From: Candidatus Iainarchaeum sp.
GTDB lineage: Archaea; Micrarchaeota; Micrarchaeia; Anstonellales; Bilamarchaeaceae
DNA length: 64,000 nucleotides
Direction of reading: 5' to 3'
Assembly: GCA_028714535.1 (NCBI GenBank)
Contig: JAQTME010000001.1
Coordinates: forward strand, 1,270 to 65,269
Positions within the stretch are counted from its first letter, which is position 1. Each line of letters starts with the position of its first letter. A model generated the notes under the pieces. That model was not told the origin of the DNA, searched no databases, and was given only the letters and a program-made list of their open reading frames with translations. Positions 35,821-45,036 of the stretch are shown here, in pieces. A program made the position numbers and the translations under genes.

Positions 35821-36500
35821 TTGGCATGAAAGACGCCTATTTCAACACCAAGGAAGGTATAGATGCCTACGAGGCCAGCGAGCCTGTCAACGCGCAGTAC
35901 AACCTTGACCTGCTCGCGCTTGGCGGAATCAGCCTGCAGGATGTGAGGGGCGTCAGGGTGCTCGACCTGGGCTGTGGTTGGGGGCTTCTCCTGAAGAAAT
36001 TCCATGATGCAGGCGCATCATGCTTCGGCACTGACATATCTGCGCTGTCTGTATCAAAATGTAGGGAAAGGTTCCCTGGCATAAGCGTGGAGCAGGCTGA
36101 CTGCACCAAGAACCCGTTCAGGGAAAAATTCTCGCTTGTCATGTCGTTCGGGGTGCTGGGGCTGGTAACCAAGAACAGGCACGCGCTTTTCCTGCAGAAT
36201 GCGGCCGGGGCGCTTGAGGACGGCGGGGTGCTTGTCGCTTCAGCGCCAAACGCAGCGCGCTCCGGCCTGATGGACGCCCTATCAGGCAGGAAGCGCTCGG
36301 CATCATACGGCAACGCGCGGACAGTGGCCGAGTGGAAGGACATGCTGGAAAAGGCAGGCTTCGCAGACATCTGCGTGGAGTCGGTGCTGAGGGTTCCAAA
36401 TGCCGAGAAGCTGCTGGGGCGCAACATCTTCCTGGCGGCCGGGGGAAGCGGCGACCCGATAGTCATTTTCGCGAGGAGGCAAGCTCTGAAACAGTCCTGA
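35817..36500 (+). CDS. class I SAM-dependent methyltransferase
   Basis: VLDLGCGWG motif I. It overlaps the upstream stop. Confidence 0.7.
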   Translation: MIGMKDAYFNTKEGIDAYEASEPVNAQYNLDLLALGGISLQDVRGVRVLDLGCGWGLLLKKFHDAGASCFGTDISALSVSKCRERFPGISVEQADCTKNPFREKFSLVMSFGVLGLVTKNRHALFLQNAAGALEDGGVLVASAPNAARSGLMDALSGRKRSASYGNARTVAEWKDMLEKAGFADICVESVLRVPNAEKLLGRNIFLAAGGSGDPIVIFARRQALKQS

Positions 36501-37413
36501 ACCTGAGCCTGAAAGATTTTTTGAGTTCTGCTATCGCATCTGCAAGCACGCTGAAGTTTTTCTCTGAGGAATAGCCGAAAAACTCGTTGTCAAAGCCGGG
36601 TTCTGGCGTGAAGAACTCCCATGGATGGCTAAGGAAGACGATGAACGGCTTCTGCCCCGCAGATGCCTGCGCCTTAGCCACGCGCATGGCCGCATCGGCG
36701 AAACTGTCCCTGAATTCGCGCCTGGCGAGGTTGTGCGTGTTGAAAACCAGGTAGCGCGCCATGAGGAACCTGCCGAACAGCGGCTTCGGGTCGAAGGAGA
36801 CCGGCAGCTCTGTAATGCCATCGCGCATCTGCATGAGCGGAAGCCCGCCGGCATAGGACGGGAACGACGAGTCGGCGGCGAAGCCGCTCTCTTTCAGCAG
36901 TTTCAGCGATGCGCTGTCTATGACCAGGTTGGGGGCGCGGAATGACCTTGGCCGTGGGAAGCCGGCACGTTCAAAAGCAGCGACAGATCTCACAAGCAGC
37001 TGCATGCGCTCCTCCTGCGAAGGCATAGGCTCGTCGATGAACCATGATGAGCCCCAGGGCTCGTGCGCGTAGCCATGAAGGCCGATGTCGTGGCCAAGGC
37101 CGAGCGTCCTCAGGCCATCGGCACACTTGCTGATGAGGTCGCCCTGCACGAAAAACGTCGCTCGTATGCCGTGCTCCCTGAAAAACGGCCCGGCTTTTTT
37201 CATGAACGGCAGCAGGAAGTTTGTGCCGCCAGAACCGCCTGAGCCATAGTCGTATTCCACATCGAACGTGAAAAGCACGTCGAGTTCCGGCAGGCTGCCC
37301 AACTCCACTGCGTCCATCCTCCGGCTGAGCGAGCTCCACCTGCCGCGGTTCAGAGGATAGAAGACTGGGAGGCGCGGGTCGGTCACCAGTGAGATGCCAC
37401 GGTCTAGGAGCAT
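36463..37413 (-). CDS. polysaccharide deacetylase (CE4-like)
   Basis: NodB-like motifs (TFDVEYDYG and HGYAHEPW). Confidence 0.6.
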   Translation of the reverse strand: MLLDRGISLVTDPRLPVFYPLNRGRWSSLSRRMDAVELGSLPELDVLFTFDVEYDYGSGGSGGTNFLLPFMKKAGPFFREHGIRATFFVQGDLISKCADGLRTLGLGHDIGLHGYAHEPWGSSWFIDEPMPSQEERMQLLVRSVAAFERAGFPRPRSFRAPNLVIDSASLKLLKESGFAADSSFPSYAGGLPLMQMRDGITELPVSFDPKPLFGRFLMARYLVFNTHNLARREFRDSFADAAMRVAKAQASAGQKPFIVFLSHPWEFFTPEPGFDNEFFGYSSEKNFSVLADAIAELKKSFRLRFRTVSELASSRK

Positions 37414-37466
37414 GAGGGTGATAAGGCAGTGGGATGATTTAAAAGAATGCCGGGGTTTTCCCTGAC

Positions 37467-38555
37467 ATGGGCAGAAGCGTATACCTGGTCGCGACGCAGT
37501 ATCATTTTCTGCTTGCCAGCGCCATAGCCGCTTACCTGGACAAATCAGCGGAAAAGCACCTGCTCATATCATCGCATTTCAACGATACCGACAGGCTCAT
37601 CAGGGCGCTCAACGGATGGAAAAAGAACCCGTTCGCCACCATAAAGGTCGTCAATAAACGCTGGAGGAGAGGAGGAGTCATCGACAAGATAACCACCATC
37701 TGGAGCGGGTTTCACAACATACGCAAATTCCTGGAGCGGCTGCCTGACGGTGGATTCGACGCATACATATTCAACATAGAGCAGCCCGAAGGTCAGTTTG
37801 TTGCTTATGCCAACCACGTCCGCAAAGGGAAAAACATATACGGCGAGGACGGCATAGGAGCCTACACCCAAAGGAGGTTCGGCGACTCCTTCCCGGTTAA
37901 ACTGATAAAAAAACGGCTCTACGGCGACTGGTACAGGAGAGTGGACACACAGATAAGCTATCCTTATTTCGACGAGATAATGGTCCTGAGGCCTGAGCTG
38001 ATAGAACGGAAGCCCGCTAAAACCGCGCTGAAACGGATACCTGCGGATGTTTTCGCCAGGCTTGACCGGGACGGCCTCATAGGGCGCATGCTTGCGGAGT
38101 ACGGCATAAAGAAGCTGGAGTGCGAGGCCATAGTACTCGTCCCGAATTCAAAACAGGCGGAAGCCATGGGTTACGGGCGGACGGTGGGCGCATATTCCCA
38201 GCTGCTTGACGCGCTCGTAAGGAAGAGGGTAAAGACCATAGTCAAGTACCATCCACGCGAGGAGAAGGGGGATTTCCTGGGCGCTGCCCACAGGAAACTG
38301 GAGATGATAGACCCGTTAGTCAGCTCTGAGATGCTGTTCCTGCGCTGGAAAGGTAGGAAGCGCATTGCGATAGGAGATGCGACCACCGCGCTGTGCAGCT
38401 GCAAGCTCATAGTGCCGGATTCCACGGCGCTCAGCATCATGGAGGCCATAGGATACAAGGGCGACGAAGGGCTGAAGAAAGTGTTCCGCAAATGGGGCGT
38501 GCTCTGCCCTAAAACCATAGAAGAAGCTGTAGGGCTCATCCGCGGTCGCGGCTGA
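37467..38555 (+). CDS. hypothetical protein, possibly a GT52-like nonulosonate transferase
   Basis: 362 aa and soluble. The N-terminal VYLVATQYHFLLASAIAAY resembles the start of GT52 sialyltransferases, but I cannot confirm this by eye. Confidence 0.4.
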   Translation: MGRSVYLVATQYHFLLASAIAAYLDKSAEKHLLISSHFNDTDRLIRALNGWKKNPFATIKVVNKRWRRGGVIDKITTIWSGFHNIRKFLERLPDGGFDAYIFNIEQPEGQFVAYANHVRKGKNIYGEDGIGAYTQRRFGDSFPVKLIKKRLYGDWYRRVDTQISYPYFDEIMVLRPELIERKPAKTALKRIPADVFARLDRDGLIGRMLAEYGIKKLECEAIVLVPNSKQAEAMGYGRTVGAYSQLLDALVRKRVKTIVKYHPREEKGDFLGAAHRKLEMIDPLVSSEMLFLRWKGRKRIAIGDATTALCSCKLIVPDSTALSIMEAIGYKGDEGLKKVFRKWGVLCPKTIEEAVGLIRGRG

Positions 38556-39093
38556 CTGGATTTACCTTCCCGAAAATGAGCGCATCCACGTATTTTCCGT
38601 CGCACAAATACTGGCTTTTCCTCACGCCTTCCTGCACGAATCCTGCGGCGAGGAATGCCTTGGCCGAGCCGACGTTGCCTGCATAGCAGCCTGCGGTAAT
38701 CTTGTGGAGCTTGAGCTTACCGAACGCGTAATCGGAGAGCAGCTTCAGCGCCTCGGTGGCGTAGCCCTTGCCCCAGCAGGCCTTCTCGCCGATGAGTATG
38801 CCGACTTCGCCGTAGCCGTGCTGGCGGTTTATCGGCCCTAGCTTGATGTTGCCTATGTGCCGGTCGCCATCCTTCAGGACTATGGCGAGGAAGACGACAT
38901 CCTTGTTTATCAGGGCGTCTTGCACGAATTTCTTCATGGACGCCTTGTCGTTCTTTGAGAAGCGCGCCTCAAGGAAGCGCGTCACCTCGTTGTCGTTCAT
39001 CCAGCCGTAGTACGGGCCGTCAACGTCTGAAACCGTGATTGGCCGCAGGAATATGCGCTCGCCTTCAATCCGCAGTTTCTCCATGGAAAACAC
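38536..39093 (-). CDS. GNAT family N-acetyltransferase (RimL-like)
   Basis: GNAT motifs (CWGKGYATEALKLL). Confidence 0.75.
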   Translation of the reverse strand: MFSMEKLRIEGERIFLRPITVSDVDGPYYGWMNDNEVTRFLEARFSKNDKASMKKFVQDALINKDVVFLAIVLKDGDRHIGNIKLGPINRQHGYGEVGILIGEKACWGKGYATEALKLLSDYAFGKLKLHKITAGCYAGNVGSAKAFLAAGFVQEGVRKSQYLCDGKYVDALIFGKVNPVSRDRG

Positions 39094-39137
39094 TTGCCCG
39101 CTCGCTGTTTTAAATACTAACGAGGATAGTAGAAACC

Positions 39138-40130
39138 ATGAACTGGAAATCCAGAAAGGTCCTGGTCACCGGCTCAGGCGGGTTCATAGGAAGCCACCTC
39201 ACAGAGGAGCTGGTGGCGCTGGGCGCTGACGTGCGGGCCATGGTGCACTACAACTCAGGCAACCACTGGGGCAACCTTGAGCTCCTGCCGAAGGAAACGC
39301 GCGATGCGCTGGACATCACCGCAGGCGACGTCCGCGACCCGTTTTTCGTGCGCCGCGCGGTGAAGGGCTGCGACACGGTGTTCCACCTGGCAGCGCTCAT
39401 AGCCATACCGTATTCATACATGGCACCAAGGGACTTCGTAGACACGAACGTCAACGGCACGCTCAATGTCATGCAGGCATGCCGCGACGAAAACGTGTCA
39501 AAGGTCGTGCACACGTCCACAAGTGAGGTCTATGGCACTGCGAAATACGTGCCGATAGACGAGAACCATCCGCTCCAGGGCCAGTCGCCCTATTCCGCAA
39601 GCAAAATCGGCGCGGACATGGTCGCCGAGAGCTTCTACAACTCATTCGACCTGCCCGTGGCTACGCTCAGGCCGTTCAACACGTTCGGCCCGCGGCAGTC
39701 CGCGCGCGCGGTTATTCCGGCGATAATAACGCAGATGGTCGCAGGAAAGAAAGAGATTTCACTCGGCTCGCTCGACCCGGTAAGGGACTTTACATACGTC
39801 AAGGACACCGTACGGGCGTTCATCAAAGTGGCCGAATCGCAGAAGACGGTCGGCACGGTGGTCAACTCAGGCACGGGCCAGGGCAGGGCCATAGGCGAGG
39901 TCGTGGAGCTGGCGAAAAGGCTCACCGGCAGCAAGGCGGCCATCGTGAAGGAGAAGGAGCGCGTGAGACCTGGCAAGAGCGAGGTCATGAGGCTCGTCTG
40001 CGGCAACAAGAAGATAGCTGAGCTCGCAGGCTGGAAGCCCGAGTACACGTTCGAGAAAGGGGTGGCGGAGACCGTGGAGCACATAAAGGCGAACCTGGCC
40101 CGCTACAAGCCGGACATATACAACATCTGA
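39138..40130 (+). CDS. NDP-sugar 4,6-dehydratase/epimerase (extended SDR)
   Basis: VLVTGSGGFIGSH and the YSASK catalytic motif. GGATAGTAG lies upstream of the ATG. Confidence 0.8.
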   Translation: MNWKSRKVLVTGSGGFIGSHLTEELVALGADVRAMVHYNSGNHWGNLELLPKETRDALDITAGDVRDPFFVRRAVKGCDTVFHLAALIAIPYSYMAPRDFVDTNVNGTLNVMQACRDENVSKVVHTSTSEVYGTAKYVPIDENHPLQGQSPYSASKIGADMVAESFYNSFDLPVATLRPFNTFGPRQSARAVIPAIITQMVAGKKEISLGSLDPVRDFTYVKDTVRAFIKVAESQKTVGTVVNSGTGQGRAIGEVVELAKRLTGSKAAIVKEKERVRPGKSEVMRLVCGNKKIAELAGWKPEYTFEKGVAETVEHIKANLARYKPDIYNI

Positions 40131-40138
40131 GTGGTATC

Positions 40139-40846
40139 ATGCAGGCAATACTTCTGGCAGGCGGAAAGGGCACCAGGCTCAGGCCCTATACCGCCGCATT
40201 CCCGAAGCCGCTCGTCCCGCTGGGCGAGAGGCCCATACTTGAAATCGTCATCCGCCAGCTGAAGAAGGCGGGATTCGACGACATCGTGATATCGACAGGC
40301 CACCTGGCTGAGCTCATAAGGACGTATTTCGGCAGTGGCGAAAAACTGGGCGTGAAGATACGCTACGTGCATGAGGAGAAGCCGCTCAGCACCGCCGGAC
40401 CGCTGGCGCTCATAGACGGCCTCGATGAGGACTTCCTTGTCATGAACGGTGACATACTCACAACGCTGGACTACAGGAAAATCATGAAGTTCCATAAGGA
40501 AAAGAAGGCTGCGGCCACCATAAGCGTGTGCGAACGCGTGCAGAAGGTGGATTACGGCGTCATAACCGCAGGCAGCGATTCGGCGCTGCAGGACTACGTG
40601 GAGAAGCCGGCCCTGCCGTTCCTTGTCAGCATGGGCGTGAACGTGCTCAACAGGCGGGCTGTGGCCCACATAAGGAAGGGCGAGGCGCTGGGCATGCCTG
40701 ACCTGATGATGAGGCTCAAGAAGAAGGGCGAGAGCGTGATGTGCTACAAGGAAAAATGCGAATGGCTCGACATAGGCAGGCCGGACGACTACGAACTGGC
40801 GCAGAAGGAGATGGCGGAACACCCGGAGAAGTATCTCGATGGCTGA
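40139..40846 (+). CDS. sugar-phosphate nucleotidyltransferase (glucose-1-phosphate cytidylyl/thymidylyltransferase-like)
   Basis: ILLAGGKGTRLRPYT N-terminal motif. Confidence 0.8.
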   Translation: MQAILLAGGKGTRLRPYTAAFPKPLVPLGERPILEIVIRQLKKAGFDDIVISTGHLAELIRTYFGSGEKLGVKIRYVHEEKPLSTAGPLALIDGLDEDFLVMNGDILTTLDYRKIMKFHKEKKAAATISVCERVQKVDYGVITAGSDSALQDYVEKPALPFLVSMGVNVLNRRAVAHIRKGEALGMPDLMMRLKKKGESVMCYKEKCEWLDIGRPDDYELAQKEMAEHPEKYLDG

Positions 40847-41747
40847 TTATCTTGTCACCGGCGCATGCGGATTCGTCGGCAGGAATTTCGTGGAGCTGCT
40901 AGCGAAGGAAAGGCCTGGCTCGCGCATAGTCGGCGCAGGGCTTGGCGACTGCACGCTTGGCGCACCTGGATTCGAATACAGGAAGGCGGATCTTTCCGAC
41001 TTCGCAGCCGCGGCGGCGCTCATTAGTGACGTCAGGCCTGATTTCATATTCCACTTCGCAGGCGCGCCAGGCGCTTCAGACTGGAACGACCTGCTGAAGG
41101 CGAACATCCATACCACGGTGGCAGTGCTAGAGGCTGCGCTGAAACTGGATAAGAAGCCGAAGGTCTTCGTGGTCGGCTCTGCCGCGGAATACGGCGCTGT
41201 TGGCACGAAGGAACTGCCGCTAAGGGAAACCAAGGCGCCCAGGCCGGTGACGCCATACGGGATATCGATGGCAGCGCGGACTGCCATAGCCACGGGCTAC
41301 GCGCAGCTCGGCTGCCACGTTACGGTCGGTCGGCTGTTCAACCCGCTCGGCCGCGGCGTGTCAGAGGCCATGGCGCCGGGCTCGTTCGCAAAACAGGTGG
41401 CTGAGATAGCGAATGGGAAGCGGCAGGGCCCGATTCTCGTTGGCAACCTTGACACGAAACGCGATTTCGTAGACATCGAGGACGCCTCGCGCGCCTTCCT
41501 TGCGATAGCGGAGAAGGGCAAGCCTGGCGAGATATACAACGTGTGCTCAGGCAAATCGCACAGGCTGGGCGAGCTGCTGGAACTCATGATGAAGCAGGCG
41601 TCAGTGCGCGCGGAGATAAGCGTGGACCAGTCGCGCATAAGGAAAAACGAGGTGCCTGACGTCTATGGGAGCACCTCCAAGATAGCGAAGGACATAGGAT
41701 GGAAGCCGAGGATAAGCTTTGCCGAGAGCATCGGGCAGATGCTCTAG
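40839..41747 (+). CDS. NAD-dependent sugar epimerase/reductase (GDP-6-deoxy-4-keto-hexose reductase-like)
   Basis: VTGACGFVGRN Rossmann motif. It overlaps the upstream stop. Confidence 0.7.
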   Translation: MADYLVTGACGFVGRNFVELLAKERPGSRIVGAGLGDCTLGAPGFEYRKADLSDFAAAAALISDVRPDFIFHFAGAPGASDWNDLLKANIHTTVAVLEAALKLDKKPKVFVVGSAAEYGAVGTKELPLRETKAPRPVTPYGISMAARTAIATGYAQLGCHVTVGRLFNPLGRGVSEAMAPGSFAKQVAEIANGKRQGPILVGNLDTKRDFVDIEDASRAFLAIAEKGKPGEIYNVCSGKSHRLGELLELMMKQASVRAEISVDQSRIRKNEVPDVYGSTSKIAKDIGWKPRISFAESIGQML

Positions 41748-42757
41748 ACGCGCTTTTCAAGCGCGGAGAGCTCTTTTTTGAACAGCGCGACCATGTCTTT
41801 CTCGTTGAAGAACGCCGCTGCCTTGCGCGAACGGTCCGACAGCGCCTTCTTTTCCTTCTGCGGCCTGTCGAAATACCCGATGATAGCGTCGGCGAGCCGG
41901 TCAGAGTCCACAGGCACGACCATGTCCTTGTCTATCTTCCCTGTGAACTCCTTCATGCCGTTCTCTTCAGAAACTATGCATGGCACGCCCGCGGCCATGG
42001 CCTCGATGCATGCCACAGGGAACATGTCGCCCCTTGTCGGCTGGACGTAAAGGGCCGCCTTCCTGAAAACGTCTGATATCGCAGGCACGTTGCGCTGGAC
42101 GCTCATGTAACCAGGCTCGAAACCAGCCACGCCCTCTATAACCCCTGGCTCCAGCCGGGTGATTATGCTGAGCGTCGCATCATCGAAATGCTCGCGAACC
42201 GTTTCCATCGCTGAGAAGAGCGCGTCAAGCCCCTTGTTGTACGGGTCGCTGGTCGCGATGATGGCTATCGAATGCGACTGTAGGGCGGGCTTCGACTTGG
42301 ACAGCGCTGCCATGGGGGCATCGCCCACGAATGGGTAGATTATGCCTGAAGGCTTCTTCTCGCCGAGGCGTGCGAGAAGCTCCATGCCGTAGGTGCCATA
42401 GACGAGATGGCCGTCCACGTCCTTCAGCAGGCTGAGCAGCATCTTCTTTTCAAGGCCGGATATGCGGCCGCTGAGCAGATGGTAGAGCAGGGGCCCGCAG
42501 CTCATGTTGATTATCTTCGCCTTTCCGAGCATGCCCATGCGCCTTTTCAGCGCAGGGTAGTAGTAGCAGGACTCGCACACGACGTAGTCGTAGCCGGCTG
42601 GCACTGAAAGCGACGAGCGCAGGAGGTTCAGGGCCTTGAGCGGCGCCAGCTGGCCCTTGGCAGCCAGGTCCCTGAGCCTGTAGCTCGCGTTGCACGACTC
42701 ACCGAAACGGCGGTGCACAGGGTGCGCGCCGGTCAGAAGCATGAGGTCCTTAGCCAT
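41744..42757 (-). CDS. glycosyltransferase family 4 (GT1/GT4 fold)
   Basis: C-terminal E-x7-E-like GT4 region (EAMAAGVPCIVSE). Confidence 0.8.
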   Translation of the reverse strand: MAKDLMLLTGAHPVHRRFGESCNASYRLRDLAAKGQLAPLKALNLLRSSLSVPAGYDYVVCESCYYYPALKRRMGMLGKAKIINMSCGPLLYHLLSGRISGLEKKMLLSLLKDVDGHLVYGTYGMELLARLGEKKPSGIIYPFVGDAPMAALSKSKPALQSHSIAIIATSDPYNKGLDALFSAMETVREHFDDATLSIITRLEPGVIEGVAGFEPGYMSVQRNVPAISDVFRKAALYVQPTRGDMFPVACIEAMAAGVPCIVSEENGMKEFTGKIDKDMVVPVDSDRLADAIIGYFDRPQKEKKALSDRSRKAAAFFNEKDMVALFKKELSALEKRV

Positions 42758-43661
42758 TCTTCTCCAACCACGCCAGGTATTTTTTCACGCCTTCTTCAAA
42801 CGAAACCTGTTCCTTCCAGCCCAGCCGCCCTATCTTTTCCGTGCTGAGGAGCATCACACGGACGTCGCCCGCCCACCCGCGCGGCGTGCCCGTGTATGAG
42901 AACTTCGGCCTCACCCTCATCAGCCGGCACATCAGCCCTGCGATTTCATCGACGCGGGCCTTGCCCCGGCTGCCCACGTTGAAGGCGTCATATGCGGCCT
43001 TCTGCTTTTTCCATGCTGTGAGCGTCGCTGATACGCAGTCGGAAACATGGAGGTAGGACTTGTCCTGCCTGCCGTCGCCCAAAATCTCCATCTCCTTCGG
43101 GTTGGCCCTGAGCTTGCGGTAGAAGTCAAGCATGACGCCGTGCGTGCTCCGCTCGCCGAAGATGTTCGCGAAGCGGAGCGACGTTCCTTTGATGCCATAG
43201 GAGCCTGAATACGCTGAAAGATACGCCTCGCAGGCGAGCTTGGACGCCCCGTAATTGCTTATGGGCGCGCACGGATACGTTTCCGGCGTGGGAATGACGT
43301 CGGCCTCGCCATAGACCGTGGATGTGGAGGCGAAAACGACGCGCTTCACGTCGGCCTTCCTGCATGATTCGAGCACTGCGAACGTCCCTGCGACGTTCTG
43401 CTCGAAGCTCTTGGTCGGGTTGGCCGCGCTGGAGCGGACGTCCGGGTCGGCGGCGAGATGGAAAACGGCGTCAGCGCCGCGCAGCTCTGCAGAAAGGTCC
43501 TGTCTGATGTCCTTGCGCACTAACGCAGCCCCAGGGCTGATGTTCTCCTTCTTCCCGCAGGACAGGTCGTCGATTACTGTTATGCCGGCGCCTTCGGAAA
43601 CGAGTCTATCCACCAGGTGGGAGCCTATAAATCCGGCTCCGCCTGTGACCGCGATCCTCAT
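42750..43661 (-). CDS. NAD-dependent epimerase/dehydratase (UDP-glucose 4-epimerase-like)
   Basis: VTGGAGFIGSH and the YGASK catalytic motif. Confidence 0.8.
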   Translation of the reverse strand: MRIAVTGGAGFIGSHLVDRLVSEGAGITVIDDLSCGKKENISPGAALVRKDIRQDLSAELRGADAVFHLAADPDVRSSAANPTKSFEQNVAGTFAVLESCRKADVKRVVFASTSTVYGEADVIPTPETYPCAPISNYGASKLACEAYLSAYSGSYGIKGTSLRFANIFGERSTHGVMLDFYRKLRANPKEMEILGDGRQDKSYLHVSDCVSATLTAWKKQKAAYDAFNVGSRGKARVDEIAGLMCRLMRVRPKFSYTGTPRGWAGDVRVMLLSTEKIGRLGWKEQVSFEEGVKKYLAWLEKNG

Positions 43662-43771
43662 CAGGAAACAATTGCTGTGCTATGTTTAAATATCCTGAAG
43701 ACGACAGATAAATGGAGTGAAGTGGAGGGGCGCAGGAAGGCGAATTTGCATGAATACCCGGTCATGAGCGA

Positions 43772-44815
43772 GTGATACCGGGGATTGCCAGGAGCATCGT
43801 GATAGGCATGAACATTTTCGACAGGTTGGGGGAAACGCGGGCGAACATAGCATTTGCAAGAGAATACACGCTGGAGCTGCAAGAGCAGGGCAGACGCCTC
43901 ATGAAGACGGGTAAGACAATAAGCCGGATTTGCGAGGTTTGCGGCTCGCCGCAACAAGAAGATAGGTTCATGGCCCCGGTATATGATTTTGTTGCATGCA
44001 GAAACTGCGGTTTCGTGTATGCGAAGAGCATACTTGGCGAGGAGGCCATGGATAAATTTTACAGGCATGATGAGGTAGCACAGCGTTCATGGAGCAAACA
44101 GCTTGAGAGGCTTGAGGCCAATCCGAATACGACCCAGTATCCCGGGCTCGTCACGAGGATAATGAAGAATGTCCGGGGCAGGGAAAGGGCGCTGGATTTC
44201 GGCTGTGGCCAGGGGGAGTTTTTGTACGAACTCAAAGGGCACTTTCGGAAGGTCATTGGCGTGGAACTCGGCAAGGAGCAAGCCGAAACCGCCAGGAGAA
44301 AATTCGGGGTGGAAGTGCTCGAGGGCGATATAGGCAGCCTTGGACTGCAAAAGGAGTCGTTTGACCTGATATGCATGAACCAGGTGATTGAGCACCTGCC
44401 GCGTGTGAATGATGTGCTGAAGAAACTTGTGCAGCTCCTCAAGCCAGAGGGAGTCCTGGCAATCACTTGCCCGAACCTCGATTCCTGGAGCATGCGGATA
44501 TTCAGGGAAAAACACTCGCACGTCAATACACAGGTTCACGTCAATATGTTCAGCCCAAAAACCATCGAAAAGCTTGCGCTAAGGCACGGCCTGAAAAAAA
44601 GGCAGGTTGGAACGTATATGCTCGATACGACGCTAATCGACCTTGCTTATCTCATATTCGCGAAAAAGAGCTTCATGCACCGGTGCAATTTCAACATTCT
44701 CCTCTATCCGCCTTCATGGCTGCTGGAGAAGGCAGTGAATAAGGCGAACGAGATTTCCAATAACGTCCTCATGGGCAGCTCAGGCTCGTATATAGAAGCG
44801 ATTTTCATGAAATGA
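43772..44815 (+). CDS. SAM-dependent methyltransferase with an N-terminal zinc-ribbon
   Basis: CEVCGS...CRNCGF zinc ribbon followed by methyltransferase motif I LDFGCGQG. The start is uncertain; Met residues lie at about 43772, 43808 and 43903. Confidence 0.65.
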   Translation: MIPGIARSIVIGMNIFDRLGETRANIAFAREYTLELQEQGRRLMKTGKTISRICEVCGSPQQEDRFMAPVYDFVACRNCGFVYAKSILGEEAMDKFYRHDEVAQRSWSKQLERLEANPNTTQYPGLVTRIMKNVRGRERALDFGCGQGEFLYELKGHFRKVIGVELGKEQAETARRKFGVEVLEGDIGSLGLQKESFDLICMNQVIEHLPRVNDVLKKLVQLLKPEGVLAITCPNLDSWSMRIFREKHSHVNTQVHVNMFSPKTIEKLALRHGLKKRQVGTYMLDTTLIDLAYLIFAKKSFMHRCNFNILLYPPSWLLEKAVNKANEISNNVLMGSSGSYIEAIFMK

Positions 44816-44877
44816 ACTGCTGGATTGTCAGGCGGTAGGGTTAAACTGCACGACCGCTAGAAGTTCACAAATTTACT

Positions 44878-44933
44878 GAAGTTCTGTTTTAACTAGAAAT
44901 TATGTCTCTTGAAAAATAAGGAAACAGAACTTT
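44878..44933. terminator. 12-bp stem / 32-nt loop hairpin in the AT-rich region between two convergent genes
   Basis: gaagttctgttt at 44878-44889 pairs with aaacagaacttt at 44922-44933 (11 Watson-Crick pairs plus one G-U). T-runs are nearby. Confidence 0.3.
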
Positions 44934-45036
44934 GGTAGAGATGTTGGTGTGGACCCTATTTGTTTCATCTGTGGGGTTTTCACACTGAGCAAGTGAGTTC
45001 CGCTTGGATCTCAAACTCATTGCCAATGGCCATTCT

